In this document: positions 9,580-19,039 of the stretch, in pieces
How positions within the stretch are numbered: position 1 is the stretch's first letter
How the letters are laid out: each line of letters starts with the position of its first letter
From: Elusimicrobiota bacterium
Lineage (GTDB): Bacteria; Elusimicrobiota; JBDRON01
Direction of reading: 5' to 3'
DNA: 64,000 bases
NCBI GenBank assembly: GCA_043810025.1
Contig: JBDRON010000033.1
Coordinates: 3,431 to 67,430, forward strand
Made by a program: the position numbers and the translations under genes
The notes under the pieces: generated by a model
The model's input: only the letters and a program-made list of their open reading frames with translations
Told to the model about the DNA's origin: nothing
Database searches by the model: none

Positions 9580-9608
9580 TTGACAAAGTATATATATTTG
9601 TGTATACT
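9580..9608 (+). promoter_or_regulatory. Sigma70-like promoter (TTGACA-17-TATACT) for the prlF/yhaV-like operon
   Basis: TTGACA is at 9580..9585 and TATACT at 9603..9608. The SD AAGGAGG at 9617..9623 precedes the ATG at 9632. Confidence 0.6.
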
Positions 9609-9631
9609 TATAATGAAAGGAGGAATCTATT

Positions 9632-9931
9632 ATGAGTATAATGTTAAGAAGATTATTTAAACACGGCGGCAGTTACGCGGTAGATCTGCCAATGAATTTT
9701 GTGAGGAACGCAGGGAATCTCGAAGTTATTCTGGAGAACACCGCCAAGAGAATAAGTATCCGTCCTAAGACAGAATTAGATACTCTCGAGTCCGATCCGC
9801 TGTTCGCTAAATTTATTAATGCCCTGGCTGTTGATGCGATGAAACATCCAGAAAAACTGCACGAAGCAAAGCATATCTGGGATAAAGAATGGGATGAACT
9901 TCTTAAGGGAGTTACCGCGGATGGGGAGTAA
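9632..9931 (+). CDS. prlF: AbrB/MazE/PrlF-like swapped-hairpin antitoxin
   Basis: KHGGSYAVDLPMNFV resembles the looped-hinge AbrB/MazE fold. The gene lies directly upstream of, and overlaps, a YhaV-family toxin gene. Confidence 0.55.
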   Translation: MSIMLRRLFKHGGSYAVDLPMNFVRNAGNLEVILENTAKRISIRPKTELDTLESDPLFAKFINALAVDAMKHPEKLHEAKHIWDKEWDELLKGVTADGE

Positions 9932-10376
9932 TTACCTTTTAAGATACCATGATTTTTATTTCCAGCGGATAACAAAACTGAAAGAGCAGGTAAAGGAACT
10001 GCGCGCTAAACTTAGTATTGAAGAATTCAGACAACACGAAGTTGTAAAACTTGCCTATCGCATCCGTGAAGCGGATCAAGAGATAATTCCACAGAACCCG
10101 GACCGTCCGGACTATCGCCTAACAGGAAATCTCAAAAAATACCGCCGTTACAAGCAGGGTCTGCAGCGTTACCGGTTATTCTTTTGTTTTTCCAACCAAC
10201 CCAAGATTATTCTATATCTATACTTAAACGACGAAAAGCATCTGCGCAAGGCGCAAGATAAGAATGATCCCTACGAAGAGTTTAGCCGGCTTGTATCTAA
10301 GGGTTATTTTTCGCACAACCCAAATGATTCTCAAATTCAAAAGTGGATAAAAGATTATCGTAAAGAAGATATTTAA
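9921..10376 (+). CDS. yhaV: YhaV-family ribonuclease toxin (type II TA)
   Basis: RYRLFFCFSNQPKIILYLYLNDEKHLRKAQDKNDPY matches E. coli YhaV (RYRLFFRYSEKEKVIILGWMNDENTLRTYGKKTDAY) from memory. The preferred start is ATG 9921 (MGSNY), with an upstream GGGAG. The ORF-track start at 9894 is the alternative. Confidence 0.7.
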   Translation: MGSNYLLRYHDFYFQRITKLKEQVKELRAKLSIEEFRQHEVVKLAYRIREADQEIIPQNPDRPDYRLTGNLKKYRRYKQGLQRYRLFFCFSNQPKIILYLYLNDEKHLRKAQDKNDPYEEFSRLVSKGYFSHNPNDSQIQKWIKDYRKEDI

Positions 10377-10423
10377 TGTCGCAAAAGTAACACTTTTACG
10401 ACGTTGCGAATTTGAATATTTTT

Positions 10424-10577
10424 ATCCCGAAGGGATTTTGGATTATGGAAGCCCCGAAGGGGCGAAGGGGTTTTTGGCGCTTAGCATATTTTCCTGCGCC
10501 CTTTCAGGGCTTATTAATGGGATATTTCTTTTTCGGGGGTTAAAACCCCCGCCTATATTCCGGCGTCCTTTCAGGAC
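10424..10577. repeat. Cluster of five short GC-stem hairpins in a non-coding gap
   Basis: The hairpins are ATCCC-GAA-GGGAT, GCCCC-GAA-GGGGC, GCGCCC-TTTCA-GGGC, CGGGGG-TTAAAA-CCCCCG and GTCC-TTTCA-GGAC. No credible ORF overlaps them. Confidence 0.5.
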
Positions 10578-10810
10578 TTTAATGATGCAACTGTTTTCAA
10601 GTGAAAATTTTAATTGCCGCAATTCCTTTTATTGCCATTTTTTCCCAACACCGACGACACCCCTCCCCAAAAAAACCTTAACAAAAAATTAACATACTCT
10701 TAACACGAACTTAACATGAATATGGTACATTTTTAGAGAGATTCAGCCCAAATCTTCCTCTGAAACCGGACATTTTGGCAATTACTCCCAGAAGCCTTTG
10801 TAAATAGTAG

Positions 10811-10853
10811 TTGACAAGGTGTATCATTTCTGATACACTTACATTGTCAAAAC
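10811..10853 (+). promoter_or_regulatory. Promoter with palindromic operator (TTGACA...GTGTATCA-TTTC-TGATACAC...TACACT) for the RHH/RelE operon
   Basis: TTGACA is at 10811..10816, an 8-bp perfect inverted repeat sits inside the spacer, and the -10 TACACT is at 10834..10839. This is the classic autoregulatory layout of TA operons. Confidence 0.6.
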
Positions 10854-10867
10854 AGGAGGTGATTGTA

Positions 10868-11107
10868 ATGACCACAAAACATCCAAGAATTAATCTGGTA
10901 ATCGAAGAACCGATATTCCATATTTTGAAAGACTTGTCGAAAGCTAATTCTCTTTCTCTGTCTTCTCAGGTTAAAAATTTAGTTCTTAAAGCTCTGGAAG
11001 ACATCGAAGATATGGGACTTAACCGGATCGCTGATTATCGAGAAAAAACCTTTAACCGGAAAAATGCTTTATCGTTTGATGAAATGATGAAGAGGTTAGA
11101 TAAATAA
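10868..11107 (+). CDS. Ribbon-helix-helix (CopG/RelB/ParD-like) antitoxin
   Basis: The N-terminal beta-strand MTTKHPRINLVIEEPIF is followed by helices and paired with a downstream RelE/ParE toxin gene. The start was chosen at ATG 10868 after SD AGGAGG; the ORF track extends to 10811 through the promoter. Confidence 0.6.
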   Translation: MTTKHPRINLVIEEPIFHILKDLSKANSLSLSSQVKNLVLKALEDIEDMGLNRIADYREKTFNRKNALSFDEMMKRLDK

Positions 11108-11111
11108 TTTT

Positions 11112-11390
11112 ATGGAATACAAAATTATTTTCGATGAACGTGTTCTCAAAAACGATTTCAAAGCAATCAATCAAAACCTCCAGCAAAGAATAATGACGGC
11201 AATTAAGACCCGTTTAACAGTTTCACCGGAACAATACGGAGCACCGCTGCATAAAACCTTAAAATCTTTCTGGAAATTGCGGGTGGGAGACTACCGGGTC
11301 GTTTTTAAAATCTTTAAAACAGAAATTCACATCTTCGCCATCATGCACCGTAAAAAAGTTTACCTCGCCGCTCTGAACCGCATTAAATAA
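11112..11390 (+). CDS. RelE/ParE-family toxin
   Basis: The 92-aa protein carries LRVGDYRVVF...IFAIMHRKKVY, typical of RelE/ParE. It lies 4 nt after the antitoxin stop. Confidence 0.8.
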   Translation: MEYKIIFDERVLKNDFKAINQNLQQRIMTAIKTRLTVSPEQYGAPLHKTLKSFWKLRVGDYRVVFKIFKTEIHIFAIMHRKKVYLAALNRIK

Positions 11391-11537
11391 CCGGAGTAAC
11401 CCGCCAGAAGAGAAAAACATCGTGAATACCCAGGATAAAAGTTATCTTCAAAGCTTCAATCTCCATCCTCCAATTTCAGCCTGAGCAGTTAAAATTTAAT
11501 CCCCCAACCAAAAACATAATTCTAAAACGCAAAATTT

Positions 11538-13562
<2,025 letters not shown>

Positions 13563-13664
13563 TTACGAAATTTTGTGAAGATATTCAAAGTCTTGAGTCT
13601 TGAGTAATGCGTCTTGAGCTTGATTCTTTAAACTCACAACCCATGACTCATAACTCATGACCCG

Positions 13665-13808
13665 TTATGACAATCTTTTTCGAGAGTTGCAAGCCGACTG
13701 ACTGATTGGCGGAACACTCCAGCATTTGCCGCAGGCTAAAGCGGTTGTTTCTAAAATTTTTTCTGAAATAATCTCCGGTTTTTTGTAAGGTTTTTTTTTC
13801 TTAGGCAT
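13665..13808 (-). CDS. Unannotated 47-aa Lys-rich/Cys-containing peptide (MPKKKKPYKKPEIISEKILETTALACGKCWSVPPISQSACNSRKRLS); candidate RiPP precursor
   Basis: Hand-translated from the minus strand. The ATG is at 13808..13806, the SD AAAGGAGA lies 6 nt upstream, and the TAA stop is at 13667..13665. Three Cys residues sit in the C-terminal half. It lies downstream of the PqqD-like and rSAM/SPASM genes on the same strand and falls below the 60-aa ORF-track cutoff. Confidence 0.35.
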   Translation of the reverse strand: MPKKKKPYKKPEIISEKILETTALACGKCWSVPPISQSACNSRKRLS

Positions 13809-13866
13809 CGGCTTTCTCCTTTTAAAAAAACAGAACTTAGTCTACCTTCAATGCGCGATTTTTCAT

Positions 13867-13949
13867 TTCCCTCTTTTAAAAAGAGGGGTAGGGGAGATTT
13901 TGACAACATTTTCTAAATCCCCCTCAATCCCCCTTTCTAAAAGGGGGAA
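13867..13949. repeat. Dual-hairpin intergenic repeat element, copy B
   Basis: Same two-palindrome architecture and sequence as copies A and C. It lies 27 nt downstream of the rSAM stop, between the rSAM gene and the small peptide ORF. Confidence 0.8.
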
Positions 13950-13975
13950 CTCATAATGCTACAATATAAATCCTT

Positions 13976-14977
13976 CTACAACTTTCCACTAATTTGGCAA
14001 TAGAGGTTTGCCGGGCCGAATAAATCGCCGTCTTCCAAATAGGCGATCCCCGGACAACGTTGACAGACGGCATAGCGGGAACATTTCGCGCAAACCGGCA
14101 AATCCTGCAGTTTTATTTTTCGAAAATTTTGTAATTCTTGGGAACCGGACCAGATTTCGGCGAATGATTGCCGGCGCAGATCTCCCATTTCTATCGGCAA
14201 CTGCAAACAGGGCAGCACTTTTCCTGCGGCCGTAACCGTAACTAAATTTTTACCGGCGCTGCAAAAAAAATCATCGGAAGAAAAACTTCCGCCAACGGAA
14301 CTGCCGGCAAAGTTTTTACCTTGGGCAAAAGCTTTCCTGATCACCGGCAGGGGAAGCCGGTAAGCTAACGGGCGGCGATCGCCGTTATCGCGCGGCGTCA
14401 CAATAAAATCAAATTTTATTTTCACTCCTAACTGACCGGCCAATTGTTTAAGCTTCTTTTGTTCTCCCGCATTAAGGGTCATCAAAAGCGATTTAATTTT
14501 TACGGATACGGCTCTTTCTTTTAAGAGTTTAATCGCCTTTAAGGAACGAGTAAACGAACCTTTTACCCCGGTAATTTTTTCATGGACGGCCGGAGCGGCC
14601 GCATAAAGACTAATATGCACTTCCTGCAAGCTGAGCCGCGCTAACGCCTCGGCCTCCGTTCTCTCGATTAGCGTACCGTTGGTAAACAGCGATAAGGCAA
14701 ATCCTTTTTGCCGGGCAAGGCGAATAATCTTCAGCGCATCCGGCCGGCTAAAAATTTCCCCGCCGGTAAAAATTAGATACAGGCCTCCGGCTTTAGCTAA
14801 TTGATTGAATAAATCAGTCAGTTCTTCGTAAGACAAAATATCAGCTTTTTGATTTTTTACTTTACAGCAATGGAGACAAGAAAGATTGCAATCATCGGTA
14901 AGTTCGACAATTGTATCCAAAGGAATATTATTTTCCAAAGAAAGCCTAAACATCTCCCCGGAAATTGAAGAGTTCAT
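13976..14977 (-). CDS. Radical SAM / SPASM-domain peptide-modifying enzyme
   Basis: The N-terminal motif is CNLSCLHC (CX3CX2C). The C-terminal Cys-rich twitch/SPASM cluster is CSAG...C...CAKCSRYAVCQRCPG. It overlaps the PqqD-like gene by 4 nt. Confidence 0.85.
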   Translation of the reverse strand: MNSSISGEMFRLSLENNIPLDTIVELTDDCNLSCLHCCKVKNQKADILSYEELTDLFNQLAKAGGLYLIFTGGEIFSRPDALKIIRLARQKGFALSLFTNGTLIERTEAEALARLSLQEVHISLYAAAPAVHEKITGVKGSFTRSLKAIKLLKERAVSVKIKSLLMTLNAGEQKKLKQLAGQLGVKIKFDFIVTPRDNGDRRPLAYRLPLPVIRKAFAQGKNFAGSSVGGSFSSDDFFCSAGKNLVTVTAAGKVLPCLQLPIEMGDLRRQSFAEIWSGSQELQNFRKIKLQDLPVCAKCSRYAVCQRCPGIAYLEDGDLFGPANLYCQISGKL

Positions 14978-15246
14978 TTCTTTTCCACAATCCCCTTGCC
15001 CGACAATAGCTCCAAAAAATCCAGCGCATCGGCTAAAACAGTTGATTGATCAACATCGTATACCCCGGCGAGAGAAGCGGAAATTTCTTCCGTAGTATTC
15101 TTTCCATCCAACAACTCCCAAATAAACATCCCCTGCTCGTTAAACTGGTGCAAAGTCGAATCTTTGGGAGTAACCACAAACACCGTCTCCGCTATTTTCC
15201 GCCAAGCGATATTTTTACTTTTTATATACCGGGATTCCTTAATCAT
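14974..15246 (-). CDS. PqqD-family RiPP recognition element (peptide chaperone)
   Basis: The 90-aa protein carries WRKIAETVFVV...LHQFNEQGMFIWELLDGKNTTEEI...YDVD...DFLELL, the PqqD consensus. It is translationally coupled to the rSAM gene. Confidence 0.8.
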   Translation of the reverse strand: MIKESRYIKSKNIAWRKIAETVFVVTPKDSTLHQFNEQGMFIWELLDGKNTTEEISASLAGVYDVDQSTVLADALDFLELLSGKGIVEKK

Positions 15247-15294
15247 ATCTCCAAATCTCCTTTATCTTGTGTCCTGCAGCCTGCTATATGCTAT

Positions 15295-15323
15295 ATTATA
15301 AATCTTAAACCCAAATTTTGCAA
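15295..15323 (-). promoter_or_regulatory. Sigma70-like promoter (TTGCAA-17-TATAAT) of the pqqD-rSAM operon
   Basis: The minus-strand -35 is at 15323..15318 and the -10 TATAAT at 15300..15295. No small ORF lies between it and pqqD. Confidence 0.5.
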
Positions 15324-15455
15324 CAGGACAACGGAATTTGAGTGGAATTTGAGAAAAAAATAAAAATCGCTTGAATTTTTTTGGTATCTGGTTATATCTT
15401 TAAAGGCGGGTGAACTTTAACTTGCTGTAAAGCAGAAAAATCTAAAGGAGAAACA

Positions 15456-16148
15456 ATGCGGGAAAAAATTCTCATTATTGATGATGAACAAGAAGTTGTT
15501 GATTATCTAAAAGCCTCTTTGGAAAGAGAAAATTTTTCGACCATCACCGCGATGTCCGGGGGAGAAGCAATAAGTTTAGTGCACGAAATTAATCCTGATC
15601 TATTGCTGCTGGATATCGGACTGCCGGATATGTCCGGTTTGGAAGTCTGCCGGATTTTAAAACAGGACAAAAAAACCGCCTCCTTGCCGATCATTATGGT
15701 TACCGCTTTCCGGGATCTGGAGGATAAAATAGAAGGGTTGGAATTAGGCGCCGACGACTACCTAACCAAACCCTTCGAATTAAAAGAATTAACCGCCCGG
15801 ATCAAATCGCTGTTCCGGCGTCTGGATTATGGAGGCGAACCCTGGGAGATTATCGAGAAAGGAATGGTAAGTATTAATATTAATCAGGTAACGGTAAAAG
15901 TTAACGGCATTTTAAAAGAAAATATTACCCACCGCGAATTTGACCTGCTTTACTTACTAATGAAAAAAAGCCCAAAAGTGTTAAGCCGAAATTATCTTCT
16001 GGAAACCATCTGGGGTTCGGAATTCTCCGCCACCCCCCGGGCGGTGGACACGGCGATCAAAAGACTGCGCCAAAAACTGGGCAACGGAGAAGCCAAACTA
16101 ATTAAAACCGTAGAAGGATTTGGCTACAAATTCGACTCGGATAACTGA
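15456..16148 (+). CDS. OmpR/PhoB-family response regulator (receiver + winged helix)
   Basis: The receiver carries the phospho-Asp motif LLLLD. The C-terminal winged-helix ends in RAVDTAIKRLRQKL. The SD is AAAGGAG. Confidence 0.85.
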   Translation: MREKILIIDDEQEVVDYLKASLERENFSTITAMSGGEAISLVHEINPDLLLLDIGLPDMSGLEVCRILKQDKKTASLPIIMVTAFRDLEDKIEGLELGADDYLTKPFELKELTARIKSLFRRLDYGGEPWEIIEKGMVSININQVTVKVNGILKENITHREFDLLYLLMKKSPKVLSRNYLLETIWGSEFSATPRAVDTAIKRLRQKLGNGEAKLIKTVEGFGYKFDSDN

Positions 16149-16155
16149 AAGGGAT

Positions 16156-16839
16156 TTATTCCTCGGCGAAGCGGTAGCCGTAACTTTCCACTGTTTCGAT
16201 CCTTCTGCCCTCAACACCTAACTTATAGCGCAAATGGCGGATATGGACATCGACGGTCCGGGTTGTCCCATAATATTCATATCCCCAAATACTTTCCATC
16301 AAATAAGCGCGGCTTACCACCTTGTTTTTCTTCTTCAACAAAGTATAAAGCAAATCGAATTCTTTAGGGGTAAGTTTTATCGGTTTATCTTTTACCATTA
16401 CCGAATGGGAATCCAAATCGAGAACCAGTTTTCCGGAACAAACAATTTTTTCTTTCTCGCCCTTGGTATCCATTCGCCTGATTACGGCTTTTAACCTGGC
16501 CACAAGCTCCGCCGACCTAAACGGCTTTGTGATGTAATCATCCGCTCCTAACTCCAATCCCAAAACCTTGTCCGCTTCGGTTTTTTTGGAACTCAAAATA
16601 ATCACCGGAATAGCGCTGGTCTGATCATCGCTCTTTAAAGTGCGGCAAATATCGAAACCATCCTTCACCGGCAGTTTAAGATCAAGCAGAATCAAATCCG
16701 GCTTAGATTCCCTGATTTTGCGCATTGTCTCGTCAGCGTTGTTGGCTGAAGAAACGCTAAAATCAGCTTCTCTTAAAACCTCAGTGACCAATTTAACTAA
16801 ATCCGGCTCATCATCAACAACCAGAATTTCCTGTTTCAT
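16156..16839 (-). CDS. OmpR/PhoB-family response regulator
   Basis: Contains ILVVDDEPDL...LILLDLKLP and C-terminal RTVDVHIRHLRYKL. It is the last gene of the minus-strand HK-RR-RR operon. Confidence 0.85.
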   Translation of the reverse strand: MKQEILVVDDEPDLVKLVTEVLREADFSVSSANNADETMRKIRESKPDLILLDLKLPVKDGFDICRTLKSDDQTSAIPVIILSSKKTEADKVLGLELGADDYITKPFRSAELVARLKAVIRRMDTKGEKEKIVCSGKLVLDLDSHSVMVKDKPIKLTPKEFDLLYTLLKKKNKVVSRAYLMESIWGYEYYGTTRTVDVHIRHLRYKLGVEGRRIETVESYGYRFAEE

Positions 16840-16880
16840 CGCGCACCATCCTTATAACTATTTTAAGGTAATCTAACGCC

Positions 16881-17261
16881 TCATGAAGTCAGCAGCACAT
16901 TTTTTATTCTTTCCACCAGCTTAAACAAATATTCAAAATTAATCGGCTTTTCGACAAAATCAAGCGCCCCAAGACGAAAACCTTTTTTCTTCTCTGCCCC
17001 GGTAACTACGGAAACAATCACTACCGGTATTTTACAATATCGTTGATCTTTTTTTAAAGCCTTCAATAACTGAAACCCGTTCATTTTCGGCATCAGAAGA
17101 TCTAAAGTAATCAGGTCGGGTAAATTGTTTCCCATTTTTTCAAGGGCTGATTTCCCTTCCAAAGCGATGTCTACCTGATAACCGGCATCTTCCAAATTTA
17201 TTTTTATCAGATTAGCCACGGGAAATTCATCATCAATAACTAAGATCTTTTTCTTTTCCAT
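16881..17261 (-). CDS. Single-domain CheY-like response regulator receiver
   Basis: A 126-aa protein with KILVIDDEFPV...LITLDLLMPKMNG. It overlaps the HK gene by 29 nt. Confidence 0.8.
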   Translation of the reverse strand: MEKKKILVIDDEFPVANLIKINLEDAGYQVDIALEGKSALEKMGNNLPDLITLDLLMPKMNGFQLLKALKKDQRYCKIPVVIVSVVTGAEKKKGFRLGALDFVEKPINFEYLFKLVERIKNVLLTS

Positions 17262-18786
17262 CTGAAGAACCCTCTGTCCCTTCTTCCCGGCATTTTTTCT
17301 CCTTCGGCACGGTGAAAGAAAAAGTACTCCCCTTCTCCGCTTCGTTCTTTAACCAAATTTTACCGCCATGGGCATCCACAATCCCTTTCGCAATCGCCAA
17401 CCCTAAACCTGTGCCCTTAATCTTGCGCAAAAAAATTTTCCCTTCCTTTATCTGATAAAACTTTGTAAACAGCTTTTCCCGGGCATAGACGGGAATCCCT
17501 ATCCCGGTATCAGAAACATTGACCTGCAAACTATCCCCCAGTTCCTGGACGGAGATGGCAACCTTGCCGCCTTCCGGGGTAAACTTCAAACCGTTGCTGA
17601 TTAGATTTGTCAAAACCTGGATAATTCTTTCCGGATCAATTAGCGCCCTGGGCAGGTTTTCCGGATATTCAGCTGTTAACTGAATTTTGTTTTCTTCCGC
17701 ATTCGCTCGAAAAAGAACGATTAACTCCTCAATCATCAAAGAAATTTTGGTTGGCAAAACATTCAGATCCAGCATGTTTTTTTCAATTTGGGCTAAATCT
17801 AAAACATCGTTGACAAACTGGGTTAACCGCTGGGCATTATTCTTGACAATTACTAAATATTCGCGCTGTTTCGGATTCAATTCTCCGGACTTGCGCCTAA
17901 GCAAAAAATCCACATACCCTTGAATGGCCGTCAACGGCGAACGGAGTTCATGAGTAACACTGGAAACAAAATTATCCCGCAATTTATCCAGTTCAGACAA
18001 CTTGTTCTTCATTTTGTCTAAGACCGTTAAGACCTCGCCAAACTCATTTTTATTTTCCACATCAATCAATTGACTAAGGTTATCATCCTTAATCATTTTT
18101 GCTCCCTCACTGATCATCCGAAGCGGCCGAACCAGGAACAAAGTAAAAAACAAGCTGAATACGCTGAATATCCCGCAAAAATTTAAAACCCATTTATTCA
18201 TCTGCGCATAAATGGGTTTTAAAGATAAAAAGGCCTTTTCTTTCGGCTCGATCGCGGTAAGGGTTAAATTAAACTTATCCGCATTGAGGGTATTAAGAAA
18301 AAACTTCTCCGGATGCGTTTTTGTTTCTGAAATCAGATAAGCCAACTCGGCTTTGTTTTTCTGAGGATAAACCAACAAATTGCCGTTCCTGTCATCAACA
18401 ATAAAAATTCTATTTTCATCGAAATTTTTTAATCCCGAAAAAAAACGGACAAACATTTCCCAATCCAAATTACCAACAAAATATTTGTCACCTTGAGAGA
18501 TAACAACCGCGTTTTTGTTTTTGGCCGATTCAATTATTTTTTTTGATACCGGCTTTTTCCTTGCCGCTTTATCCATGGAAGCCAGCGCCATATTGCTAAA
18601 CTTGATTAGCCGGTTTTTTAAATAAAGATTATTTTGGGTAAGAGACACGGCGATTCTTTCCTGAGTTTGTTTTTTAAGATGATATCTTAAACCAAAATAA
18701 ACAGAAACCAAAGGAAGATTGGAAATAACAAGTAAGAGAAGAACTAATCGATAAAACAGTTTACTGCGCAGATAGAACTTAAACAT
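17233..18786 (-). CDS. Sensor histidine kinase (TM sensor, HAMP, HisKA, HATPase_c)
   Basis: The H-box is SHELRSPLTAIQGY and the G-boxes are DTGIGIP and GTGLGLAIAK. There are two TM segments. Confidence 0.85.
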   Translation of the reverse strand: MFKFYLRSKLFYRLVLLLLVISNLPLVSVYFGLRYHLKKQTQERIAVSLTQNNLYLKNRLIKFSNMALASMDKAARKKPVSKKIIESAKNKNAVVISQGDKYFVGNLDWEMFVRFFSGLKNFDENRIFIVDDRNGNLLVYPQKNKAELAYLISETKTHPEKFFLNTLNADKFNLTLTAIEPKEKAFLSLKPIYAQMNKWVLNFCGIFSVFSLFFTLFLVRPLRMISEGAKMIKDDNLSQLIDVENKNEFGEVLTVLDKMKNKLSELDKLRDNFVSSVTHELRSPLTAIQGYVDFLLRRKSGELNPKQREYLVIVKNNAQRLTQFVNDVLDLAQIEKNMLDLNVLPTKISLMIEELIVLFRANAEENKIQLTAEYPENLPRALIDPERIIQVLTNLISNGLKFTPEGGKVAISVQELGDSLQVNVSDTGIGIPVYAREKLFTKFYQIKEGKIFLRKIKGTGLGLAIAKGIVDAHGGKIWLKNEAEKGSTFSFTVPKEKKCREEGTEGSSDGKEKDLSY

Positions 18787-18860
18787 TTTGGGATATTATA
18801 TATTCATTTCTCCGTAGAGTCAATTATTTTTTCAATGTTTTATTTTGAAAATTCATTTTA

Positions 18861-18937
18861 GACGAGACCTTGGTGCGCCTGGGCAGATTCGAACTGCCGA
18901 CCTGCGGATTCGAAGTCCGACGCTCTATCCAGCTGAG
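18861..18937 (-). tRNA. tRNA-Arg (anticodon TCG), CCA encoded
   Basis: The minus-strand sequence GCGCCTGTAGCTCAGCTGGATAGAGCGTCGGACTTCGAATCCGCAGGTCGGCAGTTCGAATCTGCCCAGGCGCACCA folds as a cloverleaf. The acceptor pairs 7 of 7, the T-arm is GGCAG/CTGCC, and the anticodon loop is CTTCGAA. Confidence 0.8.
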
Positions 18938-19039
18938 CTACAGGCGCATCCCAACTTTTTTATTTCAACAAGCCAGTTGTATTCTACTACAAAACTTCAA
19001 GTAAGGGAAGAGGAAAACCAAAAATCGCGGTTCTAGGGG

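Noticed and set aside
9394-9660. 88-aa ORF spanning the 32-bp inverted-repeat element and the prlF promoter
   Set aside because: It runs through the inverted repeats and promoter, and its translation is low-complexity (…YFSASTSVNTISYVPYKQ…). It has no start signals.
10438-10692. 84-aa ORF in the yhaV-RHH intergenic gap
   Set aside because: Low-complexity translation with no SD. It overlaps the hairpin cluster and is more parsimoniously non-coding.
15046-15363. 105-aa plus-strand ORF upstream of the response regulator
   Set aside because: It overlaps the PqqD start and the pqqD promoter on the opposite strand, and has no SD or homology features.
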